DNA of 52,621 nucleotides from a virus (Duplodnaviria; Caudoviricetes): IMG/VR virus record IMGVR_UViG_3300025769_000167, positions 1 to 52,621 of that record; one strand, 5' to 3'. Shown piece by piece: positions 8,276 to 17,971 of this stretch (position 1 is its first letter; each line of letters starts with the position of its first letter). The notes under the pieces were generated by a model. It saw only the letters and a program-made list of their open reading frames with translations, ran no database searches and was not told where the DNA came from. The position numbers and the translations under genes were made by a program.

Positions 8276-9372
8276 CCTATAACAGAACCTGTTTGTGACC
8301 TAGCTGCACCAGATTGTACAGAGCTACCAGATAAATTCTGTGCTGTAACGTTTTGTATTTCAGAAGCTATAGCTTCATTACCAAATATCTGTGCTTCTAA
8401 TACACCCATAGCCTTACCTAGTGTTACATCTCTACGTTGTCTTCTCTGCATACGAGCCAAAGCTTTAGCTGTAGTTGATGCTGTAGCAAAAGTCTTTTCT
8501 GATTGTTGTGTAGTCACACCTGCACCAGTAAGTCTTTGTACTGACTCTAAGTCAAGTGCATCACCTGTAGTTCCTGTGTATACTGCACCTAGCTCTGAAG
8601 CATTAAGCCTACCTTTAAGTACATCTTCACTTATGTTAGGGTCTATAGCTAATGCTAATAAACTTTCTTGTCCCATAGATACAGTAGTGCCTGTCTCATT
8701 TGTAAAATATTCATTGTAAGAATTAATAATAGAATTTTGTAATTCATCATCTACTCTATTAATAACTCTGTCGTGTATTAGCTTTACTCTACCAGCGTAG
8801 CTTTCAGCAGATGTATTGTTAGCTACTGCTCTAGCCCATGCTGATTTACCATTCTGTGAGGCATAACCATTAAGACCATAAGCTGTTAAAGTTGTTAATA
8901 CTTTTTCTAAACCTGATATGTATTCAGATTCACTCATCTTTAATGCACCAGTATTAGGGTCTACAATATTAGCAAACACTCTGCTGTATGCATCTTTACT
9001 ATCTGTACCAAATCTCATCTCTGCTAATGCAAACTCTGCACTACCACCGCTATTGTTATAGCCTGATACATAAGAATCAACTAACGTATTAGCATCTGCA
9101 CCACCATACTTTTGTAACCAAGGTAACAATGTATAAACTTGTGTTCTAGTAGTAGTCTTACCTTCTGTTGTTGTACTAGGTGTACTTGAACTATTATTGG
9201 TTGGTGCAGTTAAAGTTCCACCTTTATAGCCTTCTCTTCCAGGAATATCTCCTGCTAATAAACGTTCCAGTTCATGTCTAGTTTCTTTTCGTGCTATATC
9301 AACAGGACTAAGTTCATCATTAGCTGTTGTACTAAATCTACCGTCTGCTGTATATACTGTAACCTGTGCCAT
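8260..9372 (-). CDS. Internal virion/ejection protein, copy A
   Basis: 370 aa helical; AEFALA.MR, LALAIDP and VQRL motifs shared with 51094..52170. Confidence 0.5.
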   Translation of the reverse strand: MAQVTVYTADGRFSTTANDELSPVDIARKETRHELERLLAGDIPGREGYKGGTLTAPTNNSSSTPSTTTEGKTTTRTQVYTLLPWLQKYGGADANTLVDSYVSGYNNSGGSAEFALAEMRFGTDSKDAYSRVFANIVDPNTGALKMSESEYISGLEKVLTTLTAYGLNGYASQNGKSAWARAVANNTSAESYAGRVKLIHDRVINRVDDELQNSIINSYNEYFTNETGTTVSMGQESLLALAIDPNISEDVLKGRLNASELGAVYTGTTGDALDLESVQRLTGAGVTTQQSEKTFATASTTAKALARMQRRQRRDVTLGKAMGVLEAQIFGNEAIASEIQNVTAQNLSGSSVQSGAARSQTGSVIGLTEY

Positions 9373-10790
9373 TATCTAATCACTACCCCTCCCATAGACT
9401 GTGACAAAGACCTAGCTAAGTCAGCCATGTATTTCTTATTACCAGTTTTGTATCCGTAATCTAAGAATGATTTCTTTGCATCTTCATAACTCATATTGAT
9501 TGAGTCCATAAATATCGAACTTGTTTCATCTGGTTTGTCACCAAGTATAGAACTGTACTGGTCTCTGTAATTACCTACAACTAAACCATAGTTCAGTCCT
9601 TTGTTTGCGTATCTTTCATACATTGGGTCGCTATCAAATATGTTTTGAAACTCTTGCATACCTGCATTAGTATCTCTGGAATACAGACCTACTAATCTAT
9701 TTTTTTCTGCTTCATCTAATGTATTAAATTTACCTACACCAATTACTCTTTTTAATTCTGACAACGCTAAGTTAGATTGTTTAAAAGTATCGAAGTCTAC
9801 AAACGCATTGAACTTTCCTGGGTTGTCTACCATAGTATCTACTGTTTTAAATACATCATAGAGGTTACTATCCTTAGCTATCTTGTAACCATCAATACCT
9901 AATCTATGTCCAAGATAGTTTTCAAATTGTTCAATCTCTATCTCTCCCATTACTAATGAGGTTTCTAATGCTTTATAAAGTTCAACATTATCTTGTTTAA
10001 AGACATCTGCATTTAAACCTAGTGCTCCTAAAGCAGTATCTATACCTGTTGTTACTTTCTTTTCTAAAGCTATGTAGTCTTGATTAGTTCGCGTTACAAG
10101 CTTACCATCTACAACAACATTGTACTTACCAGGGTTGTCATCTAATGAAGCTATTGTTGCATTCAAATGGTCTAACTTTAATGTAGTAAATCCTTTACCT
10201 ACACCTGCTAATGTGAGTTGTTCGTTTGTTATTGGATTTCCACTTGTTAAAGAATTAAATATCAAACCTATCGCAGGCATTCTTCCTTCTACTTCTTCAT
10301 ACAAGAAAGGATACAGTTGTTCTAATCCTTCCATCGTTTGACCTATCCAGTCACCTAGCTTAAGTCCTTGTGGTGTTCTAGCCACTGTAAAGTTTTGCAT
10401 TGTGAGTCGTGTCTCACCAGTACTACGTATTATATCTGCATCAGGTAAAACAGTAGAAAGACTTGGACCATTACGTTCATTACCTAAACTGTCTGCGTCC
10501 CAAGTACTTGCATAGTCTCCAGGTGCTAGACCTACAGCTTCATACATTACATAGGTTGAACCACCTGTAACAGAACTTACATCATATAAGAAAAATGTTT
10601 TACCATTCTCTGCGTACACGTAGTCAGCAACCATTCTATCTGAATACATCCAGCCAACGTTTCTTGTTTTAGCTGGTATAGCAGAGTTAGCTTCTTCACG
10701 TGTTTCAAATAACGGAGTACCTGGTGATATTCTACTACTAGGATATACTGGTTGTACTATTCCGTCTGGGTCTATATAAAAGTTAGACAT
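9372..10790 (-). CDS. Internal virion/ejection protein, copy A
   Basis: 472 aa; C-terminus (KGLNYG..GDKPDETS..GGVVIR) homologous to the partial ORF at 52170..52621. Confidence 0.5.
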   Translation of the reverse strand: MSNFYIDPDGIVQPVYPSSRISPGTPLFETREEANSAIPAKTRNVGWMYSDRMVADYVYAENGKTFFLYDVSSVTGGSTYVMYEAVGLAPGDYASTWDADSLGNERNGPSLSTVLPDADIIRSTGETRLTMQNFTVARTPQGLKLGDWIGQTMEGLEQLYPFLYEEVEGRMPAIGLIFNSLTSGNPITNEQLTLAGVGKGFTTLKLDHLNATIASLDDNPGKYNVVVDGKLVTRTNQDYIALEKKVTTGIDTALGALGLNADVFKQDNVELYKALETSLVMGEIEIEQFENYLGHRLGIDGYKIAKDSNLYDVFKTVDTMVDNPGKFNAFVDFDTFKQSNLALSELKRVIGVGKFNTLDEAEKNRLVGLYSRDTNAGMQEFQNIFDSDPMYERYANKGLNYGLVVGNYRDQYSSILGDKPDETSSIFMDSINMSYEDAKKSFLDYGYKTGNKKYMADLARSLSQSMGGVVIR

Positions 10791-13700
10791 TAAAAATCCT
10801 CATCAGGTTGACTATATGCTTGATAGTAGGAATTGTTACCAGTATCAATGTAATTACTATACCACTTTTCTGCGTGATTTTCTTTACTCATTTCTATATC
10901 TTCTAGTACTCTTGCTTTTCCAAGTGACATAAACTGTTGAAACTTACTTCTAGGTTTACCTTGGGATATCTCATCTGCATTTATACCGTAGTCAGTTACA
11001 GTTATATCATCAGTAACTTGTACTTGTGGTGCAGTACGCATTAACTCTGTTGCTTGTGCCTGTGGATTACTTGGATTGACTGTTCTATAGTCTTGTATAT
11101 CATCTATGATTGGACCAACTACTATTTCAAATGGGTCAATGTTTTCTGCAAATCTAATTGTCTTGTCAAGTTTTTCATAATCTATTTGACCAGGTTCATT
11201 AGGTGTGTAATTAGTATTGAATACTTGGTTAGAAATCTTTTTACTTATATTCTCAAACCAAGTAGTCCATACCTCTGATGTACCAAAAGCTAAAGCACCG
11301 CCCCATAAAGACAGTTCATAAATATCTAATGCTATTAAACCTGTTTGTTTTGGTCCTCTCTTACCATAGGATTTAGCTATAGTGTTTCTTAAATTTTGTA
11401 CAGCTCTTGATTTACTACTTGCACTTGTTTCAAACGCAATCCTTTCAGCTATTTCTTCTACAGAAAGAGTACCTAGTTGTCCACCTTTTTGTAATCTCTC
11501 TAGCTTACCTAGGGTATTATAATACTCATCCTCGCCCAACATGGTTATAACATTAGCTGCATCAAGAACATCATCTGCAAATGCTGTAGGTATGTCTACA
11601 TCTTGGAAGGCTAACACTATATCAGTTGCTGCATCATTACTTAATGAGGAGTTATTAATACGTTCTATCGTTACATCATCTAGTAAACCCATAGCTTGTA
11701 ATTCAGTTGTTTTAAATTGTTGTTGAAAGTTTAGTCTGGTTGAGTATGCATCATCTAGTTTAGTTTGATTTATATTTCTATTGACTTCTTCTACTGTACG
11801 TAAAGGTTTTTCATCTGGACTAACTATCTTGTATTGGTCTTTATTAATATCGTATAGTTCTTTAGTACTATCAACAATCTCTGTTACCCTACCTATCTTC
11901 ATTTGGTCATTAGGGTCAAACAACATTAACTCAGGAAAGTTGTCGTAACTAAAATTGTGACCGTGCTGTATCATTCCATCTATCCCACCACCTCTAATAA
12001 ATTTAGTTACTAGAGTCTTATTGGGAGTATCTGTAATAGTTTCTACTACTGCAGTCATTCGCTCTACTAATCTACCAGGTGTTTGATAACTATTAAAAGA
12101 TGCTGAGTATCCTGTGCTACTAGGTTCTATTAAATCAGATGCAATCATAGCATCTATTACTTTACGAGGACTTACGTTTATAGCTTGTGCAGCTGAGAAT
12201 ACATCGAACTTTTCAAACCAACTACCAAACGTAATATTATTAGGTGTAAGTATATTGTTACTGTTTAATCTTACGGTAAAGTAATTAGGAACTCCCTGAA
12301 GTTGTTTACCAGTAATACGACTATACTCATTTACAACTACATCATTTTCAAAAGAAAGACTCATACCGTATAGACCATCTCTATTTCTTGCATCTGCAGC
12401 TATCCTGTCAAATCTTACCTGACCTTGTCTATTGACTATAGGAGAATCATATGCTTCTGCACCAGATACAAAATCATTAATACTTATAGGTGCTCTAGGT
12501 GATACATGTACCATACCTAACTCTATTGTATTCTGATAAGGTTGGTTTAAAACATGCATTAAGTTATCACTTAAGCTTAGGTCGTCTCTCCATGTACCCC
12601 TACGAATACCAGGATATTCTATCTTAGTACTGCCTACGGCTAAGTTATTATTTCTATCAAAGTATCTATCAAAGACTTTTTGATTTTCTTCAGTCATATA
12701 TGCTAAAGATAAATCAGATGTCAACGGTAACATTCTAGTTTCACCATACTCATCTAGTACGTTTAGAGTATCTGCTGCTTGAGCTACACCAGTTATTTGC
12801 CAATACTTATTATGTACTCCACCATTAGGTAAATTAATTTTTTGTATTAAATAATGATTTTTAAGAACATCAGACGTTTCGTCATCATATATAGAGCCAT
12901 CTTCAAACTCAAGACCAACTTCTTCAGCTAATGTAGAGTTAAGCATAGTTCTTAGTTCGTTTAACTTTACATACTTTCCAGTTCTTGTTTCGTATAGTCC
13001 AGGTGTTTGACTTCTAATCTGTGTTTCTAAATTCATATTGACTTGAGATACAATCTCATCTAATGATTGATAGTCAATACCATCAAAAGTAGGTCCAGGA
13101 TTATCAGCAATAAACATTTGGACATTACCTTGTAAGATAGATAATTTCTCTCTTACTTCTCCTAAAAGTTTGTAATCAAGTTGCTCTGTAGGTCTATTGT
13201 CTATTGGCTTTGTAACATTGTCTACACTTGGTCTCATATTGTTAATCTCAAAATTAACTTCATTTATTAAACCTGATAAACTATTTAAAAAATTAGACGT
13301 TTCAAACTGTGGCAAAGAAGTTCTTGCTCTTTTAATTATCCTTTTTATCTCATCTTGTATAGCAGTATTTTTGTTAAAAGGTGTTAAACTGTAGCCTCCT
13401 TGATTAGATTCTATAGTTCCTAATACTTTGTTTTCAACTGTATCGTCTATGATTAAAACTTCTGATTCTAAATAAGGAGTACCACCTGTTGATTCTTTAG
13501 AAAAAGAAAACACTTCTCCATTACCGTCCATCCAACTAACGCTTCTACCACCACCTCTACCTGTAGTAGCATTAATAAGAACCTTATAACCATAATCTTT
13601 AAGCTGTGAAAATATATTTCGTTGTAAAGTAGGAGAAAGATTTAACTGATGCATATGACTTCTAAAAGTTTTTCTACCAGCTTCTTCATATGTTAAGTCA

Positions 13701-15337
13701 AACAACTCTAAGAGAGCTGCAGTATTTCTTAATTCTGTATCAAGATTTAATATTTGAATAGGGTGTACACCTTTGATTTCAATAGCGTATACATCACGAC
13801 CTACATTATTTTTGTCTAAAGCATACTCAGAAGCATAGCTTGGATTGTTAGATGCGTAGCTTAAACTACCTAATCCTGCAGTTCTACTGTTCCATGTCTC
13901 TGATATTTTCCATGGTCTAATACCTGTAGCTGCATCTACTACGTTAGTGCTTCTGTATATTACGAATGAATTATCTCCTGTTTTGTGTAACATATCTGGA
14001 TATTTGTGTAACCCGTCATCTTGATTCACCCAAAAAGGTAACTTAGCAGGGTTAAATAAACTAAATTGTTCTCTAACCGCTGGAGTTTTAAGATACTTGT
14101 GAAGAATTTCAATTTCTTTATCACTAATCTCATTAAAGCTATTACCTGTACTTTCTATATAAACACTATCTCTTACGTAAGGGTCTTTTTCTGATTGGTT
14201 AAAAAGTATATCATCTGGACTAATTAAAAATTTTATGTCAGGTTGGCTATCTATAGATTTACTATCAATAATGTATTTTAAATCTTCTTCTATTCTTTGT
14301 TTCAATGCATCAAAACTTACTACTACGTTTTTATCATCCATTCTTTTTTTTAATAAATATAAATAATTTTGTCCAGGAAATGTTTGTGTAAGCCAGCCTG
14401 TAAAATTATTTTCACCACTTGAATTAAAATATAATCTAGCCATCTCTCTTTCAAAATCTTTACCAAGAGTTTCTCGTACTACAGGAACAGATGCTAAAGC
14501 TCTTTGTAGCTCCTCATCTGTAACATTTGCAGAAACACCTGGTAAGTATTCTGCAAGATAACTTCTAAAATCTAAGTCACCTGCTGCTACTCTTGTCATA
14601 AAGCTTCTAGTTCCTTCACTTTGGTCTCCTATGAATAAAACTTCTTCTACTTGTTGTTCTGTTAAGTCTTGCATATCTCGCATAAATATTTGATACTCAC
14701 TTGCTAATCTTTTGATGTCAACTATACCTGCATCTATACCAGCTTTTGTTGCTGCGTTTATGTCTGCACCAAAATAAAAAACTCCAAAAAAAGGTTGTGC
14801 TCCATATTTTTTCATAGATGTTTCTACTTTACTGTTAACTGGTTGTGCAATAACATGCAAATTATTCTCTCTAGCAAACTGTATTACCTCTATCATTATC
14901 TGAGAAGCTCCGCCTTGTCCTTGCATCTGAGGTTTAATAGTTAACAAGTCAACATATAAAAATGTATCATTAATTAATGTCAGTTCAAAAGGTGGGTTTC
15001 CTTCAGACATATTAGCAAAAGGTTCTGTATCTGTTGGGTCATCAGCTATAAAGTCGCTGTATTTCTGTGCTAGTAGATATTCTAAATCAGCTACATCATT
15101 ACCTAATTCGTAACTCATACCTCTATTTTCATAGCCCTCATCATCTGGTAAAGTTAAAGCATCTGCAGCTGAGGTTTCTAAATTATCAAGTATCTGAAGT
15201 TCCTGTTTAACTGCAGTTAATTCTTTTTCTATTTTTGCAATCTGAGCAATATCAGGTATCTGACCAGATTGAGTTATAGAGGCAAGTTGCTCTTCCAGAT
15301 TTTCTAACTTTGCTAAAAGAAATTCTTTACTTTCCAT
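10790..15337 (-). CDS. Polyvalent internal virion protein: GNAT acetyltransferase plus two ADP-ribosyltransferase-like domains
   Basis: 1515 aa; GNAT motif A IKPQMQGQGGASQIM; ART1 YRS..YASNNPSYASEYA..ILNLD..LKDYGY..ESEVLI; ART2 VHVS..LYGMSLS..GIDGMI..ELMLFDPNDQMKI. Confidence 0.65.
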   Translation of the reverse strand: MESKEFLLAKLENLEEQLASITQSGQIPDIAQIAKIEKELTAVKQELQILDNLETSAADALTLPDDEGYENRGMSYELGNDVADLEYLLAQKYSDFIADDPTDTEPFANMSEGNPPFELTLINDTFLYVDLLTIKPQMQGQGGASQIMIEVIQFARENNLHVIAQPVNSKVETSMKKYGAQPFFGVFYFGADINAATKAGIDAGIVDIKRLASEYQIFMRDMQDLTEQQVEEVLFIGDQSEGTRSFMTRVAAGDLDFRSYLAEYLPGVSANVTDEELQRALASVPVVRETLGKDFEREMARLYFNSSGENNFTGWLTQTFPGQNYLYLLKKRMDDKNVVVSFDALKQRIEEDLKYIIDSKSIDSQPDIKFLISPDDILFNQSEKDPYVRDSVYIESTGNSFNEISDKEIEILHKYLKTPAVREQFSLFNPAKLPFWVNQDDGLHKYPDMLHKTGDNSFVIYRSTNVVDAATGIRPWKISETWNSRTAGLGSLSYASNNPSYASEYALDKNNVGRDVYAIEIKGVHPIQILNLDTELRNTAALLELFDLTYEEAGRKTFRSHMHQLNLSPTLQRNIFSQLKDYGYKVLINATTGRGGGRSVSWMDGNGEVFSFSKESTGGTPYLESEVLIIDDTVENKVLGTIESNQGGYSLTPFNKNTAIQDEIKRIIKRARTSLPQFETSNFLNSLSGLINEVNFEINNMRPSVDNVTKPIDNRPTEQLDYKLLGEVREKLSILQGNVQMFIADNPGPTFDGIDYQSLDEIVSQVNMNLETQIRSQTPGLYETRTGKYVKLNELRTMLNSTLAEEVGLEFEDGSIYDDETSDVLKNHYLIQKINLPNGGVHNKYWQITGVAQAADTLNVLDEYGETRMLPLTSDLSLAYMTEENQKVFDRYFDRNNNLAVGSTKIEYPGIRRGTWRDDLSLSDNLMHVLNQPYQNTIELGMVHVSPRAPISINDFVSGAEAYDSPIVNRQGQVRFDRIAADARNRDGLYGMSLSFENDVVVNEYSRITGKQLQGVPNYFTVRLNSNNILTPNNITFGSWFEKFDVFSAAQAINVSPRKVIDAMIASDLIEPSSTGYSASFNSYQTPGRLVERMTAVVETITDTPNKTLVTKFIRGGGIDGMIQHGHNFSYDNFPELMLFDPNDQMKIGRVTEIVDSTKELYDINKDQYKIVSPDEKPLRTVEEVNRNINQTKLDDAYSTRLNFQQQFKTTELQAMGLLDDVTIERINNSSLSNDAATDIVLAFQDVDIPTAFADDVLDAANVITMLGEDEYYNTLGKLERLQKGGQLGTLSVEEIAERIAFETSASSKSRAVQNLRNTIAKSYGKRGPKQTGLIALDIYELSLWGGALAFGTSEVWTTWFENISKKISNQVFNTNYTPNEPGQIDYEKLDKTIRFAENIDPFEIVVGPIIDDIQDYRTVNPSNPQAQATELMRTAPQVQVTDDITVTDYGINADEISQGKPRSKFQQFMSLGKARVLEDIEMSKENHAEKWYSNYIDTGNNSYYQAYSQPDEDF

Positions 15338-15425
15338 TGTTTGATTTTACTTTTTTAATTGCTTTACGACCTTTAGCTATAAGTACTTGTAATCTAATCA
15401 ACTCAGCCATTTGCTCATCATTCAT
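15327..15425 (-). CDS. 32-aa hypothetical peptide (MNDEQMAELIRLQVLIAKGRKAIKKVKSNNGK)
   Basis: Fills the gap exactly and overlaps both neighbours; below the ORF-track cutoff. Confidence 0.4.
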   Translation of the reverse strand: MNDEQMAELIRLQVLIAKGRKAIKKVKSNNGK

Positions 15426-16266
15426 TGTAATTACTTTCCATAAAATCTATTTCTTTTAATAAAGCATCCCCTATAAAAGGCTCGTTTAATTTTTCTTTTA
15501 CTTTATTAAAATATCCTTTTGTTGTTTTAAAGGCGTCATAACCTGTTTGTATTGTCTTAGCTACAGCAGCATCTATAAAATTAAGATTACTGTAGTCTTC
15601 ATTCATTGTTATTCTGTTTGTTTCATTGTTGATGAACTCAGTATCAATATCTGGTGGAGTAACTGGTGTTTGAAATGTAGGAATCGATTGAAAAGATTCA
15701 GTAATCTTTTTATCCATTCTTGCGTTTACCCATTCAGTAGCTCCTATATGATTTGTTAAATCTTTTTTTGCTTCAAGATAATAAGCACTATTAGCATCTA
15801 TAAGGTTTCCTGTAGACCAATTATTTATACCACTATACTCATCACCACCAGCAGTAAGTTGTACTATAGCTAGAGCTGCTATGGCATTTGCAGCAGGGTC
15901 ATATAATAAATCTTTTAACTCTCTCTTACTAAGTCCTTTAAACATAGGGATATTAGAGTTTATTCCATTACTAGGTTGTTGTGAAGTAAGGTATGTATAG
16001 TTAGCTTGGTTTAAATTTATTTGCCAGATTCCGTGGTCATAACTTCCATTATTATTTCTAGCACCTCTAACGTTTTTTGCTATACCATCAGTTTCATTGT
16101 CACCTGTTCTATGTTCAGCAAAAGCTAAAGCTATCATAGAATGCATGTCTTCCATAACTTTAGGGTTTTTATTTAATTCGTTACTCTTTATCTCCATACC
16201 TGCATTATTTTCTAGGTAATGAGTAGCTCCTAGTAGGAGGTAATAAAGTTTAGTAGCATTGTACAT
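15418..16266 (-). CDS. Virion-associated lytic transglycosylase (SLT_3/lysozyme-like), start re-assigned to MYNATK
   Basis: AFAE, NNNGSYDHGIWQIN, LYDPAANAIAA and NNWST motifs; AAGGAAAG SD before ATG at 16266. Confidence 0.75.
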   Translation of the reverse strand: MYNATKLYYLLLGATHYLENNAGMEIKSNELNKNPKVMEDMHSMIALAFAEHRTGDNETDGIAKNVRGARNNNGSYDHGIWQINLNQANYTYLTSQQPSNGINSNIPMFKGLSKRELKDLLYDPAANAIAALAIVQLTAGGDEYSGINNWSTGNLIDANSAYYLEAKKDLTNHIGATEWVNARMDKKITESFQSIPTFQTPVTPPDIDTEFINNETNRITMNEDYSNLNFIDAAVAKTIQTGYDAFKTTKGYFNKVKEKLNEPFIGDALLKEIDFMESNYNE

Positions 16267-16267
16267 G

Positions 16268-17971
16268 TTACTTTCCTTTGACGTATCTGCCAATATTACC
16301 GATGTTGGTAAGAAGGTTAACAAAAGTATTATTATAAAGAGCTGTATCCCTTTGCCCTTGTAACATATCTCCATACTTATCCTTTACGAACTCATCAAAT
16401 TCTTGACCAATAACAGCACCCATGTTTTCCTGTGAAACTGTTCCTTGCAATTCCAACTCATTTTCGTATGGCATGCCTGATTGTGCTGCTTGAGCTCTTT
16501 GTCTTTCAGCAGCTATTTGTGCTTGTATATTACTCTCATTTGTTTTAAAGTTTTCTTTTTGTATATCATAAGAAAGTTTACTAACGTAATCTGCATAAGC
16601 AGACAATTCGTAATCACTAGCTGGTCTACCTAATCCTTCTTCAATCGCACTACCTATAGTAGCTTTGACAGAATAAGGACTTGGATTTATATATTTAAAC
16701 AATGATTGGTAATTGACACCAGCACCTTCTGATGCTGCAAACTTATCTTTACCATAACCATAATCTTCTAAAGTATCTTTATAGAACTCTTTAATAAATA
16801 CAGTTAAGTTTTGTGCAGTTGCACCTGGTGTTAACAATATAGAATATAAATCTTCTTGTGATATAGTCTCACCATTTAGATTAAATCGTGACATTGCAGA
16901 CTCTATAGCCTGTACAGTACCACCATCATTATTATCTAGAACACCATATACGAAACTAAATGGTTGTAAAAATCCTGATTCTACTAAAAGTAATTGGACT
17001 TCCATAATCTCTTCAGGACTAGCATTAGCAAACAACTGTCTGCCTAATCCATATTCGTATAAAGGTTCTTCACCTTCTCCGTAAACTTCTGGTATAACCT
17101 CTCCTGCAATACCGTAGTATTCTCCTCCAGTAAGACCCATTGCTACGCTGCTTAAATAAGTATCTTCAATAGATACTGGTCCAGTCACAGAACCTACCTC
17201 TTGACCTTGTAGGTTTTGTAAAAAATCTGCAGGGTCTATGTTATTTTTTTCTAACATAATATCTAAACGTTTTAAGTATTCTGTTTTATCTATTTTCCCT
17301 GATTCTAATTCAAGTAATAAACTTTCAGCATTGTCTTTATCATATAACATAAATGCAGATTCTTTGTAAGCATCTTCTCTAGCTTGTTTTTCATAATAAG
17401 CTTTACGTGCTAAGTCTGATTCTTCAGAGTAAGTGTTCAGGACTTCTATGTTTGCATCTTCAAAACTAACTCTAATATCTGCAGGGTTCTTACCTTGAAG
17501 AACTGCTTCTATAAGTAAATCGTGATGGTCTCCTGCAGCAACAGCTATCTTTCTTAAATCTTCTGGTGGGGTTATCTCATAAATATAATTAAATCCTTCT
17601 TGTACTTCTGGTTCTAAACTGTCCCACTCTCTACCTAAAGAGTAAGATATCATGTTTGTGTACTGTGCATAACTCATACCAATGTCTTCTTTTCTAGTTG
17701 GCAAATCTTCTTCACTATATGAAGTTGTTGCAACTCCTGCTACATTCTGTATTGTGTTACCTATAATTCCACCCCACACAACATTAGGTACCCAACCAAA
17801 TATTTCCCAAAATCTCTTTAGTTGTTCTTCGTTAACAGTTTTATTTTGAAAGTTTTTATCTCTAAATATATCTAAAAGATTACCTTTAACTTCTACATAA
17901 GGTATATTTTTTCTGTTATTTAAAACATCTTCTAAAGCTTTTTGTTGTTCAGGCGTTAATTCTTCAGCCAC
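16268..17971 (-). CDS. Internal virion protein with peptidoglycan-binding-like domain
   Basis: 567 aa; IMEVQLLLVESGFL..YGVLD..GTVQAI..NL resembles PG_binding_1. Confidence 0.5.
   Translation of the reverse strand: MAEELTPEQQKALEDVLNNRKNIPYVEVKGNLLDIFRDKNFQNKTVNEEQLKRFWEIFGWVPNVVWGGIIGNTIQNVAGVATTSYSEEDLPTRKEDIGMSYAQYTNMISYSLGREWDSLEPEVQEGFNYIYEITPPEDLRKIAVAAGDHHDLLIEAVLQGKNPADIRVSFEDANIEVLNTYSEESDLARKAYYEKQAREDAYKESAFMLYDKDNAESLLLELESGKIDKTEYLKRLDIMLEKNNIDPADFLQNLQGQEVGSVTGPVSIEDTYLSSVAMGLTGGEYYGIAGEVIPEVYGEGEEPLYEYGLGRQLFANASPEEIMEVQLLLVESGFLQPFSFVYGVLDNNDGGTVQAIESAMSRFNLNGETISQEDLYSILLTPGATAQNLTVFIKEFYKDTLEDYGYGKDKFAASEGAGVNYQSLFKYINPSPYSVKATIGSAIEEGLGRPASDYELSAYADYVSKLSYDIQKENFKTNESNIQAQIAAERQRAQAAQSGMPYENELELQGTVSQENMGAVIGQEFDEFVKDKYGDMLQGQRDTALYNNTFVNLLTNIGNIGRYVKGK

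Noticed and set aside
16267-16374. Apparent signal peptide on the lysozyme-like ORF
   Set aside because: It overlaps the upstream gene by over 100 nt; a start with SD at 16266 immediately follows the upstream stop.
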